Assembly (NCBI GenBank): GCA_963701185.1
Contig: OY969569.1
Span: 447,054-511,053, forward strand
Origin: Candidatus Gottesmanbacteria bacterium
GTDB lineage: Bacteria > Patescibacteriota > Microgenomatia > UBA10105 > UBA927
Direction of reading: 5' to 3'
DNA: 64,000 nt
Position 1 is the first letter of the stretch; each line of letters opens with the position of its first letter. The notes under the pieces were generated by a model. That model was given only the letters and a program-made list of their open reading frames with translations. It was not told the DNA's origin and made no database searches. Shown piece by piece: positions 36,130-49,296 of this stretch. The translations under genes and the position numbers were made by a program.

Positions 36130-37080
36130 TTAAAAGCCTCCTACAACGGTAATATCTCCTTTAATCGGCGGGTGCGGGTTGTAGCCGACCAATTCAAAAT
36201 CTTCGAATTTAAATCCATCAATCGATTTCACCTTCGGATTTATCTTCATTGTCGGAAATTTCCGCGGCTTTCGCGCCAGCTGTTCCCTGCACTGCTTCAT
36301 ATGGTTCTCGTAAATATGCACGTCGCCGAATACGTGGACGAATTCACCCGGTTTGTACCCTGTCACCTGTGCAAGCATCATCGTCAGCAAGGCATACGAG
36401 GCAATATTAAACGGTACGCCCAAAAATAAATCGGCGCTGCGCTGATACAACAGGAGCGACAATTTATCGCCCGTGATATTGATGTGGAACATGGTGTGGC
36501 ACGGCGCAATCACCATCGAGGCGGCGTGACTCCCGCTCATTTCGTAGATACACCCGGCATTCCAGGCGCTGATAATATAATGTTTCTTCATGGGATATTT
36601 TTTGATTTTTTCAATCGCCCACCCAAGTTGGTCAACGGTGCGCGTGTGATTGACGGGCCACTTCCGCCACTGCACCCCGTACACCGGCCCCAGTTCTCCC
36701 CATTTCTTCAAAAATTTCGGATCGGTCTTGGCTTTTTCCATGAACGCTTCAAACGTCATGGATTGTGCTTTATGATCCCGGACCGCCCATTCATATTTTT
36801 TATACGCCCACTCGTCCCAGATGTGCACGTTGTTATCCAGTAAATATTTAATGTTCGATTCCCCCGACAAAAACCACAGAAGCTCATGAATAATCCCGCG
36901 GGTAAATACTTTTTTTGTGGTGAGAACAGGCAATCCCTTTGAAAGATCGTACCGGCAGATTCGGCCGAAAACGCTTTTTAATTTTACCCCGGTTGAGTGG
37001 CTGACCTTCCACTTCCCGTGCTTCATAATATCGGTCATGAGATCCAGATACTGATATTCGGGATGGGTATGTGTTTTCAT
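36130..37080 (-). CDS. thyA: Thymidylate synthase
   Basis: LTTKKV, ELLWFL, IWDEWA, GPVYG.QWR, PCH, QRSAD.FLGVPFN, HIY.NH. Confidence 0.98.
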   Translation of the reverse strand: MKTHTHPEYQYLDLMTDIMKHGKWKVSHSTGVKLKSVFGRICRYDLSKGLPVLTTKKVFTRGIIHELLWFLSGESNIKYLLDNNVHIWDEWAYKKYEWAVRDHKAQSMTFEAFMEKAKTDPKFLKKWGELGPVYGVQWRKWPVNHTRTVDQLGWAIEKIKKYPMKKHYIISAWNAGCIYEMSGSHAASMVIAPCHTMFHINITGDKLSLLLYQRSADLFLGVPFNIASYALLTMMLAQVTGYKPGEFVHVFGDVHIYENHMKQCREQLARKPRKFPTMKINPKVKSIDGFKFEDFELVGYNPHPPIKGDITVVGGF

Positions 37081-37550
37081 TTTTCTGTAATGACCGCAGT
37101 CATCGGAACATCATACGATGAATGCGGAACTTCTGCAACCATTTGAAATGCATACGCAAGACCGATTTTTGGTGCCGTGATATGAGCCAGAAGCCGGTCA
37201 TAGTATCCCTTCCCCCGCCCGAGCCGGTTTCCGTCCCGGTCAAACGCAACACCGGGGACGATAAATACGTCAACTAATGTGGGATCAACGATTGGGGTCG
37301 ATTTTTTCGGTTCAAGGATCTGATATGTCCCCCGGGTAAAATCGCGAATTGACGTCACCCGGTGAAGAACCAATCCATTTTTTACAATTCTCGGAAAGAC
37401 GACTGTTTTTTCCGCAGTAAGGGCCGCCGCCAACAACGGTTTTGTGTCTACTTCGTCGTCCCGCGAAAAATATAAACAGACCGTACTTGCTTCTCCCCAT
37501 TCGGGCCGCGCCATCACCCTGGTACAAATGGTATAGTCTGCCTCCTGCAT
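37077..37550 (-). CDS. 5-formyltetrahydrofolate cyclo-ligase
   Basis: EVD, I.EP, VPGVAFD..G.RLG.GKGYYDR, DVP...VITE. Confidence 0.92.
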   Translation of the reverse strand: MQEADYTICTRVMARPEWGEASTVCLYFSRDDEVDTKPLLAAALTAEKTVVFPRIVKNGLVLHRVTSIRDFTRGTYQILEPKKSTPIVDPTLVDVFIVPGVAFDRDGNRLGRGKGYYDRLLAHITAPKIGLAYAFQMVAEVPHSSYDVPMTAVITEK

Positions 37551-37569
37551 ATCGGGTATACTTACTATT

Positions 37570-40068
37570 ATGAAACCTATCGGCTTGTCGGATCAAGAAG
37601 CGGAAAAACGCTTGATGAGGTACGGACCAAACGAAATTGTCGACAAACCGCGGGCAACGCCATTGGCGATTTTTGTCTCCCAGTTTACCAGCCTTCTTAT
37701 TATTCTTTTGATGATTGCCGCGGCCCTCTCGTTATTTTTAGGCGACGTTCTGGACGGGGTATTTATTCTCCTCATCGTGATCCTCAACGGTGTTTTGGGC
37801 TTCATGCAGGAATATAAGGCGGAGAAAGCGATCGCGGCACTCAAAAAAATGACCGTTTCCTCCATACGGGTCATCCGCGGCGGCATTGAACACAAAATCG
37901 ACAGCAAGATGCTCGTACCCGGCGACATCATCCTCCTTGAAGAAGGCGATAAAGTTCCCGCCGATTGCCGGCTTCTCACGAGTCTGCATCTTGAGGCCAA
38001 TGAGGCATCCCTCACCGGCGAATCCATGCCGGTTGAAAAAACCCTTTCCGACGTTGCCAAAAATCATGTCTATCTGGGAACGATCATCGCCAAAGGCCGC
38101 GGCACGGCGGTTGTCGAGACCACGGGGATGCAGACAAAATTCGGCGGGATTGCCGCATCGCTTTCCAGTATCGGGGAAGAAGAAACTCCCCTGCAGAAAA
38201 AATTGCATACACTGGGGAAACAACTGGGGATCGTCGCGATATTCGCATCCGGTGTCGTATTTGCCATCGGGTATTTCTCACACCAACCCTTTATCGAGAT
38301 GATCCTCACGAGCGTCAGTCTTGCGGTTGCGGCTGTCCCTGAAGGACTCCCTGCCGTCATTACCATTACGCTTGCCATCGGCATGCAGAGGATGGCAAAG
38401 AAAAAAGCGATACTGCGTAAATTGTCGTCGATAGAGGCCCTTGGCAGTACCACAATCATTGCGACGGACAAAACGGGGACGCTGACGAAAAACGAAATGC
38501 GGGTCGAGAGATTTTGGACGCACGCCAAAACCGACCGCGCGATGCACGACCTTCTGACGACCGGTGTCCTGTGCAATAACGCAAGTCTTGTCTATAAAGA
38601 AGACCACTCCTCCTATGACGTGCTGGGAGATACGACCGAGGGAGCACTGCTTCTGTTGGCGGCGGATAAAGGAATGGATGCCGGGCAGCTGAAACTGAAC
38701 GGTTCACTTGTTGAAGAATTTGCCTTTGACCCGACACTGAAGATGATGAGCGTGGTCTGGAAAAACGACGGAACGCTCACCATATATAGTAAAGGCGCTC
38801 CGGAATCCGTCCTTGCCAGATGTGCGCGACTTACCGCTGCCGAAAAAATTACAATAGAAAAATCATTTCAGCAGTATGCCCGGGAGGGACTGCGCGTTAT
38901 CGCCCTTGCCCAAAAAACCGTCCGTCAGATACCCAAGACGCGGGACGGGGCCGAGCGCGGCCTCGCGTTCATCGGATTTGTCGGGATTGCCGATCCGGCG
39001 CGCGAGGAAGTGAAAGACGCCATCGCTGTCGCCCAATCCGCAGGAATTAAAACCATTATGATTACCGGCGACAACGAACTCACTGCCCGTGCCATCGGGG
39101 AAAAAATCGGGCTTCTGCAAAAAGGCGATGAGGTCGTGAGCGGCCACCAATTCTCCCAACTGTCCGACCAGGAGGCCATCGGGCGGCTCCCTGTCATCCG
39201 GATATTTGCCCGTACGACGCCGGATCAAAAACTGCGCATCGTCCAACTGCTGCAGCGCATGGGCCATGTTGTTGCCGTGACCGGCGACGGCGTCAATGAT
39301 GCGCCGGCCATCAAACAATCGGACGTCGGGGTGGCGATGGGAATTACCGGAACGGATGTTGCCAAGGAGGCATCGGATATGATCCTGACCGATGACAATT
39401 ATGCAACGCTCGTGACGGCGGTTGAGGAAGGCAGGACAATTTTTGACAACATTAAATCCGCCATAAAATATCTGGTGGGGTGCAACATCGGGGAAATACT
39501 TGCCGTCGTGATCGGTATGCTCCTGGGCTGGCCCCTTATTCTTACCCCGCTGCAGCTTCTTTACATTAATCTCGTCACTGACGGACTTCCTGCTATCGCT
39601 CTTGCCGTGACACCCAAACATGAACGGATTATGCAAAGGAAACCCCGGACTGCCCAAAACATATTCGACCGCGTGGATATGGTGTGGTTTTTTGAAGTAT
39701 CGCTATTAACCGCGGGAACAACGCTTGTCGCTTTTTGGATCGGGTACCAAACACAGCAGTTGGACGCTGCGCGGGCGTTTGCGTTTACCACCATTATCCT
39801 CGTCCAGCACTTCATCTTCTGGGACATCCGGGTGCGGGAGCGGTCCATTCTGCAGAAAAACCTCCTGAAAGATTCCATGTTTCTCTTCACGTTTTTCACC
39901 CCGCTTATCCTCCAGCTCTTTCTGCTGTATGTTCCGGTGTTGTCGGCGGTCTTTCACGTCGCCCGTATTTCCGGTCCGCAGCTTACCACCATTATCCTTC
40001 TTTCATCCGTGCTTCTGGTAACATCGGAAGTCCGTAAATATATACTGCACCATGAAACGCCACGCTAA
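37570..40068 (+). CDS. P-type (IIA, Ca2+-like) cation ATPase
   Basis: LTGES, PEGL, DKTGTLT, KGAPE, TGD, GDGVNDAPA. Confidence 0.96.
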   Translation: MKPIGLSDQEAEKRLMRYGPNEIVDKPRATPLAIFVSQFTSLLIILLMIAAALSLFLGDVLDGVFILLIVILNGVLGFMQEYKAEKAIAALKKMTVSSIRVIRGGIEHKIDSKMLVPGDIILLEEGDKVPADCRLLTSLHLEANEASLTGESMPVEKTLSDVAKNHVYLGTIIAKGRGTAVVETTGMQTKFGGIAASLSSIGEEETPLQKKLHTLGKQLGIVAIFASGVVFAIGYFSHQPFIEMILTSVSLAVAAVPEGLPAVITITLAIGMQRMAKKKAILRKLSSIEALGSTTIIATDKTGTLTKNEMRVERFWTHAKTDRAMHDLLTTGVLCNNASLVYKEDHSSYDVLGDTTEGALLLLAADKGMDAGQLKLNGSLVEEFAFDPTLKMMSVVWKNDGTLTIYSKGAPESVLARCARLTAAEKITIEKSFQQYAREGLRVIALAQKTVRQIPKTRDGAERGLAFIGFVGIADPAREEVKDAIAVAQSAGIKTIMITGDNELTARAIGEKIGLLQKGDEVVSGHQFSQLSDQEAIGRLPVIRIFARTTPDQKLRIVQLLQRMGHVVAVTGDGVNDAPAIKQSDVGVAMGITGTDVAKEASDMILTDDNYATLVTAVEEGRTIFDNIKSAIKYLVGCNIGEILAVVIGMLLGWPLILTPLQLLYINLVTDGLPAIALAVTPKHERIMQRKPRTAQNIFDRVDMVWFFEVSLLTAGTTLVAFWIGYQTQQLDAARAFAFTTIILVQHFIFWDIRVRERSILQKNLLKDSMFLFTFFTPLILQLFLLYVPVLSAVFHVARISGPQLTTIILLSSVLLVTSEVRKYILHHETPR

Positions 40069-40630
40069 ACATCACGCAAAACATCATTATAAAAATATCA
40101 TTCTCGTTTGTATCGGTATTCTTGCCGCAATTCTTCTCTCGCGGAGTGGTGAATTCAGTGCGGTTCTCCTGCATTTAGGGACATTCGGGTATATCGGGGC
40201 TTTTTTTGCCGGCATGCTGTTTGTGTCTACGTTTACCGCCCCAACAGGCATGGTGATGCTCTTCATCCTCGCCCAGCGGTATAGTGCCGTAGAAATCGGT
40301 TTAATCGCCGGCGCGGGAGCGGTCGTAACGGATATGCTTATTTTCCGTTTTGTGAGGGACGATTTGTCGGACGAACTGAAGTATTTGTACTCACACTACG
40401 CGGGATCACACATAAAACACATATTCCATTCAAAATATTTTCACTGGACGCTGCCGGTCATCGGGGCCCTCATCATCGCCTCCCCCCTGCCGGATGAACT
40501 GGGAGTCAGTCTTCTGGGAATTTCGAAAATGAAACCGCTCCAGTTCATCTTCACATCGTTTTGTCTCAATTCCGCAGGAATATTCCTCATTGTTTCAGGA
40601 GCATCGCTTCTGCCTCTTCTGGCGAATTAG
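40052..40630 (+). CDS. Membrane protein of unknown function
   Basis: About 5 TM, SPLPDELG. Confidence 0.7.
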   Translation: MKRHAKHHAKHHYKNIILVCIGILAAILLSRSGEFSAVLLHLGTFGYIGAFFAGMLFVSTFTAPTGMVMLFILAQRYSAVEIGLIAGAGAVVTDMLIFRFVRDDLSDELKYLYSHYAGSHIKHIFHSKYFHWTLPVIGALIIASPLPDELGVSLLGISKMKPLQFIFTSFCLNSAGIFLIVSGASLLPLLAN

Positions 40631-41519
40631 TTTCCATTAACCGTTCCCGTACTTCGCTTGCGTGGGGAAACCCCTGGACATAAATTTTGAAGAATTTTTT
40701 CAGGATGGCAAAATTCCGGCCAGTTTTTTCAAACAGCGCCATGTGCTTTCTCATCATCCGGAATAATTCCTTATGATCGTCCATATGCGTGATGCCGTTT
40801 CTGTCAAACGCCCAGAGGTTATGGAAAATACCCCGGCCGATCATGGCTCCGTCCGTGCCGTATGTTTTGCACTTCTCCCGCGCATCGGCATAATCGGCAA
40901 CATCGCCGTTTCCGATCATGATTGTGTCTTTCTTCATGTGATTTTTCAGTGCAACGGCCTTTCCTATTTCATCCCAATGCGCCGGAACTTTCGATAATTC
41001 CGAAACGGTGCGCCCGTGAATGATAAGTGCATCCAAATTTTGTTCGAGCAAAAATTGTATCCAGTCATCTGAAATCTTTTTGTACCCAAGTCTTGTTTTG
41101 ACGCTGACCGGGATTCCCCCTTCTTTTGTAGCGCTAATAATCTCTTTCATAAGCGGCGGGTCCTGGATAAGACACGCTCCCCCGCCGCGGGACGTTACAC
41201 TTTTTTGCGGACACCCCGCATTGATATCCACGCCGTCAAATTTCATGTCCGCAATTAATTTGGCTGCTTTGTAAAATAATTCCGGCGTATTTCCCCAAAT
41301 CTGGGCTACGATGGGATGTTCGCCGGGCGTGTAATCAAAACGGTGGATAACCTCCTCCCGGCCCCGCGAAAACAACCCGTCCACGCTCGTAAATTCAGTA
41401 AAAAATACCGTGGGGCGGGCGGCTGCGGCGACAATCCGGCGGAATACCGTATCCGTCACGTCTTCCATCGGCGCAAGCGCCAAAATCGGACGGGGTAAAT
41501 CCTGCCAAAAAGATTTCAT
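40587..41519 (-). CDS. tRNA-dihydrouridine synthase
   Basis: LAPMEDVTD, TEF, QIWG, DIN.GCP, VSVKTRLG, HGRT, GNGD, MIGRG. Confidence 0.95.
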   Translation of the reverse strand: MKSFWQDLPRPILALAPMEDVTDTVFRRIVAAAARPTVFFTEFTSVDGLFSRGREEVIHRFDYTPGEHPIVAQIWGNTPELFYKAAKLIADMKFDGVDINAGCPQKSVTSRGGGACLIQDPPLMKEIISATKEGGIPVSVKTRLGYKKISDDWIQFLLEQNLDALIIHGRTVSELSKVPAHWDEIGKAVALKNHMKKDTIMIGNGDVADYADAREKCKTYGTDGAMIGRGIFHNLWAFDRNGITHMDDHKELFRMMRKHMALFEKTGRNFAILKKFFKIYVQGFPHASEVRERLMETNSPEEAEAMLLKQ

Positions 41520-41561
41520 ATGACTTGACAGTGTACCATCCTCGTGGAACAATGCAAATAT

Positions 41562-41954
41562 ATGAAAAACAAAACATACATATTTATTTTCGGCAGTATT
41601 ATTCTTATCTTCTTAGGTATGGCACTCGTTGCGATAATCGGCAAAACCGCGCCGTCCAGCCCATCCAGTGATATCCGGGCACGCGCCGGAACCCAAACCG
41701 CGCTCAAGCTCGTCGGTGTTGTCGCTTCCGTGAATGAAGCGAAAGGGACCCTGCAGGTAACGGACGTACAACTTGCCGAAACCAGCCGCTCCGGGGCCGC
41801 ACAAAATTACGGAGAATGGACAATCACGGCACCGCCGGGGTTTAATCTCGCTTCAGTTCCACCGGGAACATCCGTCACGATCGGGGTTGATTCGTCAACA
41901 TTTAATATCGCCAGTCACGCGGTAACGGCCCTCACATTAACTCCGGGAAAGTAG
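41562..41954 (+). CDS. Membrane-anchored hypothetical protein
   Basis: N-terminal TM, DIRARA, beta-rich domain. Confidence 0.6.
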   Translation: MKNKTYIFIFGSIILIFLGMALVAIIGKTAPSSPSSDIRARAGTQTALKLVGVVASVNEAKGTLQVTDVQLAETSRSGAAQNYGEWTITAPPGFNLASVPPGTSVTIGVDSSTFNIASHAVTALTLTPGK

Positions 41955-43337
41955 CGGTCCCGCCGGGGTATCTTCCAGCGTATACCCTTTCTTCTCAAGA
42001 ATTTTCCGTATTTGGTCAGACTCCGCAAACTTCTTTTCTTCACGCAGTTTCTGCCGTTTCTCTGCCAGTTTCCGGATCTCCTGCGGAATTTCTTCGATGA
42101 TATTCAATTTTAATCCCAATACCTCATCAAAATCGATTAACAGATCGTATTTATCCGGCGCAGGGATATTGCTTTTGACGACTTCCCACACCACGGCCAG
42201 CGCAGCCGCCGTATTCATGTCATCCGCAAGGGCATCGTCAAACTCTTGTCTATATGCATCTAGTTTTTTCAGCTTTTCCTCGGAAAGTGAGTTCCTGTCG
42301 GAATTTTTCATTGCGGCCATCTGTTTTCGAAGTTCGCTCAGTGAATTTCTCGCTGCCGTTAACCCTTCCCATGTAAAATTCTGAGTTTTTCGGTAATGCG
42401 TTGTCAGATATAAATATCGAAGCGCTAACGGATCAAAACCCTTATTGGAGATATCCTCAACGGTGTAAAAGTTGCCCAGACTCTTACTCATTTTTTTGCC
42501 GTCAACCGTCAAAAACGCATAATGCACCCAATAGGTCACAAACGGTTTCCCTGTTGCCGCTTCGGACTGGGCTATTTCGTTCGGGTGATGCACAGGAATG
42601 TGATCAATCCCTCCGGTGTGGATATCAAATGTTTCTCCCAAGTATTTCATGCTCATCGCAGAGCATTCAATATGCCAGCCGGGAAATCCGTCCCCCCAGG
42701 GGCTCGGCCAGTGCATCGTATGATCGGAAAATCTCCCCACCCGCTTAAACCACAGTGCGAAATCCGCGGCATGCTTTTTATGTTCACCGGTTTGAACTGT
42801 GTCGCGCACCGCAATTTGTTTTTCCCGCAAATCCTGATTCCCAAACAGCGATGCGTATTTTGGAAATTTCGCTACGTCAAAATACACTGCCTCCGGCGTA
42901 TCGTAGGCAAATCCTTTCTCAACCAGTCGCTGTACCAGCGCAATTTGTTCAGGAATATGGTCAGTCGCTTTACAGATGACGGTCGGGCGGAGTACGTTTA
43001 GGCGGTCCATCGAATCATAAAAATGTTTTGTAAAAAATTCCGCGACCTCCCAAACAGTTTTTCCCTGTTTTTTTGCCCCTTTCTCCAGCTTGTCTTCTCC
43101 CGCATCTTCATCGGAAACCAAATGTCCCACGTCAGTCACGTTCTGTACATGCGTCACATTGTATCCAAAACGTGTCAGCGTCCGGCGTAAAATATCATCC
43201 CCGACATATTTCCTTCCGTGCCCGATATGAGCCGCGTCATACACCGTCATACCGCAGGTATACATGCCGACCTCGGGAGGATGGATCGGAACAAAATTTT
43301 CGATTTTTCGGGAAAGGCTGTTATAGAGTTTCAGCAT
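41937..43337 (-). CDS. cysS: Cysteine--tRNA ligase
   Basis: [27 protein letters not shown]. Confidence 0.98.
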   Translation of the reverse strand: MLKLYNSLSRKIENFVPIHPPEVGMYTCGMTVYDAAHIGHGRKYVGDDILRRTLTRFGYNVTHVQNVTDVGHLVSDEDAGEDKLEKGAKKQGKTVWEVAEFFTKHFYDSMDRLNVLRPTVICKATDHIPEQIALVQRLVEKGFAYDTPEAVYFDVAKFPKYASLFGNQDLREKQIAVRDTVQTGEHKKHAADFALWFKRVGRFSDHTMHWPSPWGDGFPGWHIECSAMSMKYLGETFDIHTGGIDHIPVHHPNEIAQSEAATGKPFVTYWVHYAFLTVDGKKMSKSLGNFYTVEDISNKGFDPLALRYLYLTTHYRKTQNFTWEGLTAARNSLSELRKQMAAMKNSDRNSLSEEKLKKLDAYRQEFDDALADDMNTAAALAVVWEVVKSNIPAPDKYDLLIDFDEVLGLKLNIIEEIPQEIRKLAEKRQKLREEKKFAESDQIRKILEKKGYTLEDTPAGPLLSRS

Positions 43338-43352
43338 AAAATAATTATATCA

Positions 43353-43793
43353 TCAGTCCTGCCGGGTGTTTTTGCTCATTTCGGAACTCGATTTCTGTTT
43401 GATGCCGTATAAATTGCCCCGCTTCGGTTTACTGGATCCGGTAACAATCGGCGCCATTTTTTGGACGACCGCAGCCTGCTTCTGTTCCTTTTCATTTTTT
43501 TCCTGCTTTTCTTTTTCCAGCCGTTCCTGAACCGTGGACTCCGGTTGTTTTTTATTCTTTCCTGCCAGTTCCGCCAACCATTCCCGCGGGGGTACGGGTT
43601 TTGAAGGTTCATTCAAATTATTCTGTTGTTTTTGTGTTTGCTTCGGATTGTTTGATTTCGTTCCCAAACTCTCTAACGCTTTGCCTGCAATATCCGTCGG
43701 AACCTTCGCCGCCTCTCGGACGATATCTTTCCCAATATCTTCAAACGAACCGATGATTTGTTTTACAGTGCCAGTCATATCAGGAAAATCCAA
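43353..43793 (-). CDS. Hypothetical charged protein
   Basis: 146-aa ORF fitting the operon between neighbours. Confidence 0.6.
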   Translation of the reverse strand: MDFPDMTGTVKQIIGSFEDIGKDIVREAAKVPTDIAGKALESLGTKSNNPKQTQKQQNNLNEPSKPVPPREWLAELAGKNKKQPESTVQERLEKEKQEKNEKEQKQAAVVQKMAPIVTGSSKPKRGNLYGIKQKSSSEMSKNTRQD

Positions 43794-44085
43794 GCTGTTC
43801 TTTTGCCTCTTTACTCATCCGGTCAACGGTCCACGGCGGCTCAAACGTCAATGTGAGCTCCACTTTTTTTACGCCACCAAGCTTACCGACTTGCTGCCGG
43901 ATCGGCTCGGCAATTTGCTCAAATAACGGACAGCCGACGGACGTAAGCGTCATAAGGATTTCTACCCCACCCGTTTTTTTATTGACATCAATATTGTATA
44001 CGAGCCCCAAATCCCACAGCGACACCCCGATCTCCGGATCCGGAATCTTCTTCAATACCTTTTCCACGTCTTTTTTGGTTACCAT
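43780..44085 (-). CDS. Metal-sulfur cluster assembly factor (DUF59/SufT-like)
   Basis: DPE, DLGLVY, TLT..GCP, FEPPW. Confidence 0.92.
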   Translation of the reverse strand: MVTKKDVEKVLKKIPDPEIGVSLWDLGLVYNIDVNKKTGGVEILMTLTSVGCPLFEQIAEPIRQQVGKLGGVKKVELTLTFEPPWTVDRMSKEAKEQLGFS

Positions 44086-44094
44086 AGCTTCAAA

Positions 44095-44694
44095 TTAATA
44101 TTCCCTTCTTCCTTCCAAAGCCCGCGAAAGAGTGACTTCGTCCGCGTATTCGATATCCGCCCCGACCGGAAGTCCGTGGGCCAATCTTGTAATTTTTAAT
44201 TTTTCATTTTTCATTTTTAATTGTTTTGTGATATACATCGCCGTCGCCTCCCCTTCCATATTCGGATTCATTGCGAGAATAATTTCTTCAACATTCTTTA
44301 CGCGCTTAAGCAAATCCGCAATATACAACTCATCAGGCCCGATGTTATTTAGGGGATCAATGGACCCGTGCAGAACATGATAGACGCCGTTAAATTTCCC
44401 CGTGCGCTCGATGGACAGTACATCCGTCGGGCTCTCCACGGCACAGATGACGGTCTGGTCGCGCGCGGGATTACTGCAAATGGCGCACGGGTCCTGCTCC
44501 GCTATATTTTTGCAGACAGAACATAACACGGTATTTGCTTTGAGATCCGTCAGATGTTTGGCAAATTGATTCAATTCTTCCTCCGGAACGTGCAGAAGAT
44601 AAAATGCAAGACGCGTCGCGGTTTTGGGCCCGATGCCCGGCAGCCGCTCAAACGACTCAATCACCTTTGATACTGCTTTCGGAAGAATTGCCAT
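44095..44694 (-). CDS. recR: Recombination mediator RecR
   Basis: LPGIGPKTA, C4 zinc finger, YHVL.G, EGEATA, RLA.G.P.G. Confidence 0.97.
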   Translation of the reverse strand: MAILPKAVSKVIESFERLPGIGPKTATRLAFYLLHVPEEELNQFAKHLTDLKANTVLCSVCKNIAEQDPCAICSNPARDQTVICAVESPTDVLSIERTGKFNGVYHVLHGSIDPLNNIGPDELYIADLLKRVKNVEEIILAMNPNMEGEATAMYITKQLKMKNEKLKITRLAHGLPVGADIEYADEVTLSRALEGRREY

Positions 44695-44707
44695 ACGCCC
44701 CTGTATT

Positions 44708-45625
44708 TTAGCGTACGATGGAAGAAATAGCATCAGCGAGGATCGGGGCGATGGAAACACTGCGCACTTTCGCAATCAATTTGGTCTTGGGCACATCAAT
44801 GGTATTGGTAATAACTATGTCGTTGATCGACGGTGATTCAAGATGTTTCCCGGCTTCTCCGGCCAGTACCGCATGCGTTGCAAGCACAACAACGGAGGTC
44901 GCGCCGGCGTCCGTAAGAGCTTCTGCGCTGTGTGCAATCGTACCGCCTGTCGATATGATGTCGTCAATGATAATTGCAGTCTTCCCTTTCACGTTCCCGA
45001 TAATTTCATAAGACTGGCTCTCATCATGCCGGTCAAGATACCGCTTTTTTTCCATGACAATCATCGGCACGTCCAATATATATGCCAAATTCCGTGCGCG
45101 TTTGGTGCCGCCGACATCCGGCGACACGACGACTGCATTTTTCAAATCCGTCTTTTTCCTGACCTCCGCCGCCAGCAGATCGAGTGCGGACACATGGGTA
45201 ACGGGCACCTGGAAAAATCCGACGATCGCGTCGTTATGAAGGTCCATGGTGATGACCTCCTTGTATTTGCTGACCTCGAGGAATTTTGCAATCACGCGCG
45301 CGGATACCGGCTCGCCTGCCCGGTGCAGTTTATCCTGCCGCGCATACCCCAGATACGGCACAACGGCAATCATCGTTTTGGGAGCACCCCGCCGGATGGC
45401 GTCTCCCATAAGAACCATTTCCATGATATGTTCGTCCATCGGATAGGAAAAGGAATCCAGAACGAAAACCGTTTTATCCCGGACGTCTTCCTGAATCCAC
45501 GGACGAAGCTCGCCGTCGGCAAACCGCGTCAGATCCACTTTTCCCAAATTAACTTTCAGAATCTTCGCGACTTCCGCAGCAAGCGGTACATTACTGGAGC
45601 CCGAAAAGAGCAGAAAATCCTTCAT
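44708..45625 (-). CDS. prs: Ribose-phosphate pyrophosphokinase
   Basis: FADGE, PY.GYARQD, DLH, SPD.GG, DDIISTGGT. Confidence 0.96.
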   Translation of the reverse strand: MKDFLLFSGSSNVPLAAEVAKILKVNLGKVDLTRFADGELRPWIQEDVRDKTVFVLDSFSYPMDEHIMEMVLMGDAIRRGAPKTMIAVVPYLGYARQDKLHRAGEPVSARVIAKFLEVSKYKEVITMDLHNDAIVGFFQVPVTHVSALDLLAAEVRKKTDLKNAVVVSPDVGGTKRARNLAYILDVPMIVMEKKRYLDRHDESQSYEIIGNVKGKTAIIIDDIISTGGTIAHSAEALTDAGATSVVVLATHAVLAGEAGKHLESPSINDIVITNTIDVPKTKLIAKVRSVSIAPILADAISSIVR

Positions 45626-45626
45626 G

Positions 45627-48094
<2,468 letters not shown>

Positions 48095-49024
48095 CTAGAG
48101 TATAATCTTCACGCCGAAATTTTCATAGTACCGTGTTATAAATTCTTTTTTCGAAAACTGATGGGTTTGGGTTCCGTATTTTTCGACCGTATAGACGGCG
48201 GCAACCGATCCCATCTGCCCGCAGACCTGCAAGGAGAGTCCTCGTAGGTACCCGGCGACAAACCCCGCGCGGAACGCGTCCCCCGCCCCTGTCGGGTCGC
48301 TCACTTTCTTTGGCTTTGCCGGCTTACAGTGAATGCTCTCTTTTCGCGTCTCAATAATTGAACCTTTAGAGCCAAGTGTTGTAATACACATGGGTACCAT
48401 CACACGAAGTTCCTCGTGACTAATATCCAATTTTCGTTCAATAAGTGCAATTTCGTAATCATTTCCGATGAGAATTTCCGCTCCGGCAATCCCCTCGCGC
48501 AATTCTTCCGCCGTAAAATTACCGATTTGAAATGCGGGGTCATACAGATACTTTTTTCCTCTACATTGGCGAACATACCGCACCATCGCCTTGGGATCGG
48601 TGGGACCAATAATGACGAAATCTGCATTTTGGGGAATTGTGAGCCTGTGGTTATAGCGGGACGCGCCGATGTAAAATGCTCCGATTTGATTATCATCCTT
48701 ATCCGTCACGACGTGATAGGAACTACAGGGCTCGTCTTTGAAAACGGAAATGCCCGAAGTAGGTATCTTATATTTCTTAAGATACTTAGAATATTCTTCC
48801 CAATCGTTTCCTGCCGCCGTCACAATCAAGGGTTGAACACCTAACAGTTTCAACGTATACGCCTGATTAACAGCCGTACCGCCGAACTGTTTATTGAGTG
48901 TATCCACAAGGAAGCTCAGGGAAATTTTGTGGATTTTATCCGGCATGATGCGGTCGGCAAACCGGCCGTTGAAATCCATAATAAAGTCGTAACTTAAGCT
49001 ACCGGTGACAACAACGCTATTCAT
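48095..49024 (-). CDS. PfkB-family kinase (adenosine kinase-like)
   Basis: GS..YD, SF, FGG, DP..Q, NDYE, DPTGAGDAFRAG. Confidence 0.9.
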   Translation of the reverse strand: MNSVVVTGSLSYDFIMDFNGRFADRIMPDKIHKISLSFLVDTLNKQFGGTAVNQAYTLKLLGVQPLIVTAAGNDWEEYSKYLKKYKIPTSGISVFKDEPCSSYHVVTDKDDNQIGAFYIGASRYNHRLTIPQNADFVIIGPTDPKAMVRYVRQCRGKKYLYDPAFQIGNFTAEELREGIAGAEILIGNDYEIALIERKLDISHEELRVMVPMCITTLGSKGSIIETRKESIHCKPAKPKKVSDPTGAGDAFRAGFVAGYLRGLSLQVCGQMGSVAAVYTVEKYGTQTHQFSKKEFITRYYENFGVKIIL

Positions 49025-49287
49025 TGTCCCATTTGTTTGGAGAGTTCTGTAAGCTTCATTGCGGCGGCTTGTTGTGATTTTTTGATCGCATCATTAATCG
49101 CGCGCTTCAATGTTTCGTTGGCAACACCGTCTATTTCCACCACGCGCACGTTTTGGTTTCCGGAAATAAGAATCCGGATATTCCCCTCGTTCACCTCAAA
49201 CTCCTCCTGTTCAAGCGCCGCCTGAATTTGGGCTGCCTGCTTGCGCATTGCGTTGAGATCTCCGAGCGCTTTAAATGGGTTGATCAT
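49021..49287 (-). CDS. ybaB: YbaB/EbfC nucleoid-associated protein
   Basis: Directly downstream of dnaX. QA.Q.Q..L, I.G.Q.V..V.ID, A.NDA. Confidence 0.85.
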   Translation of the reverse strand: MINPFKALGDLNAMRKQAAQIQAALEQEEFEVNEGNIRILISGNQNVRVVEIDGVANETLKRAINDAIKKSQQAAAMKLTELSKQMGQ

Positions 49288-49296
49288 ACTGCCTCC

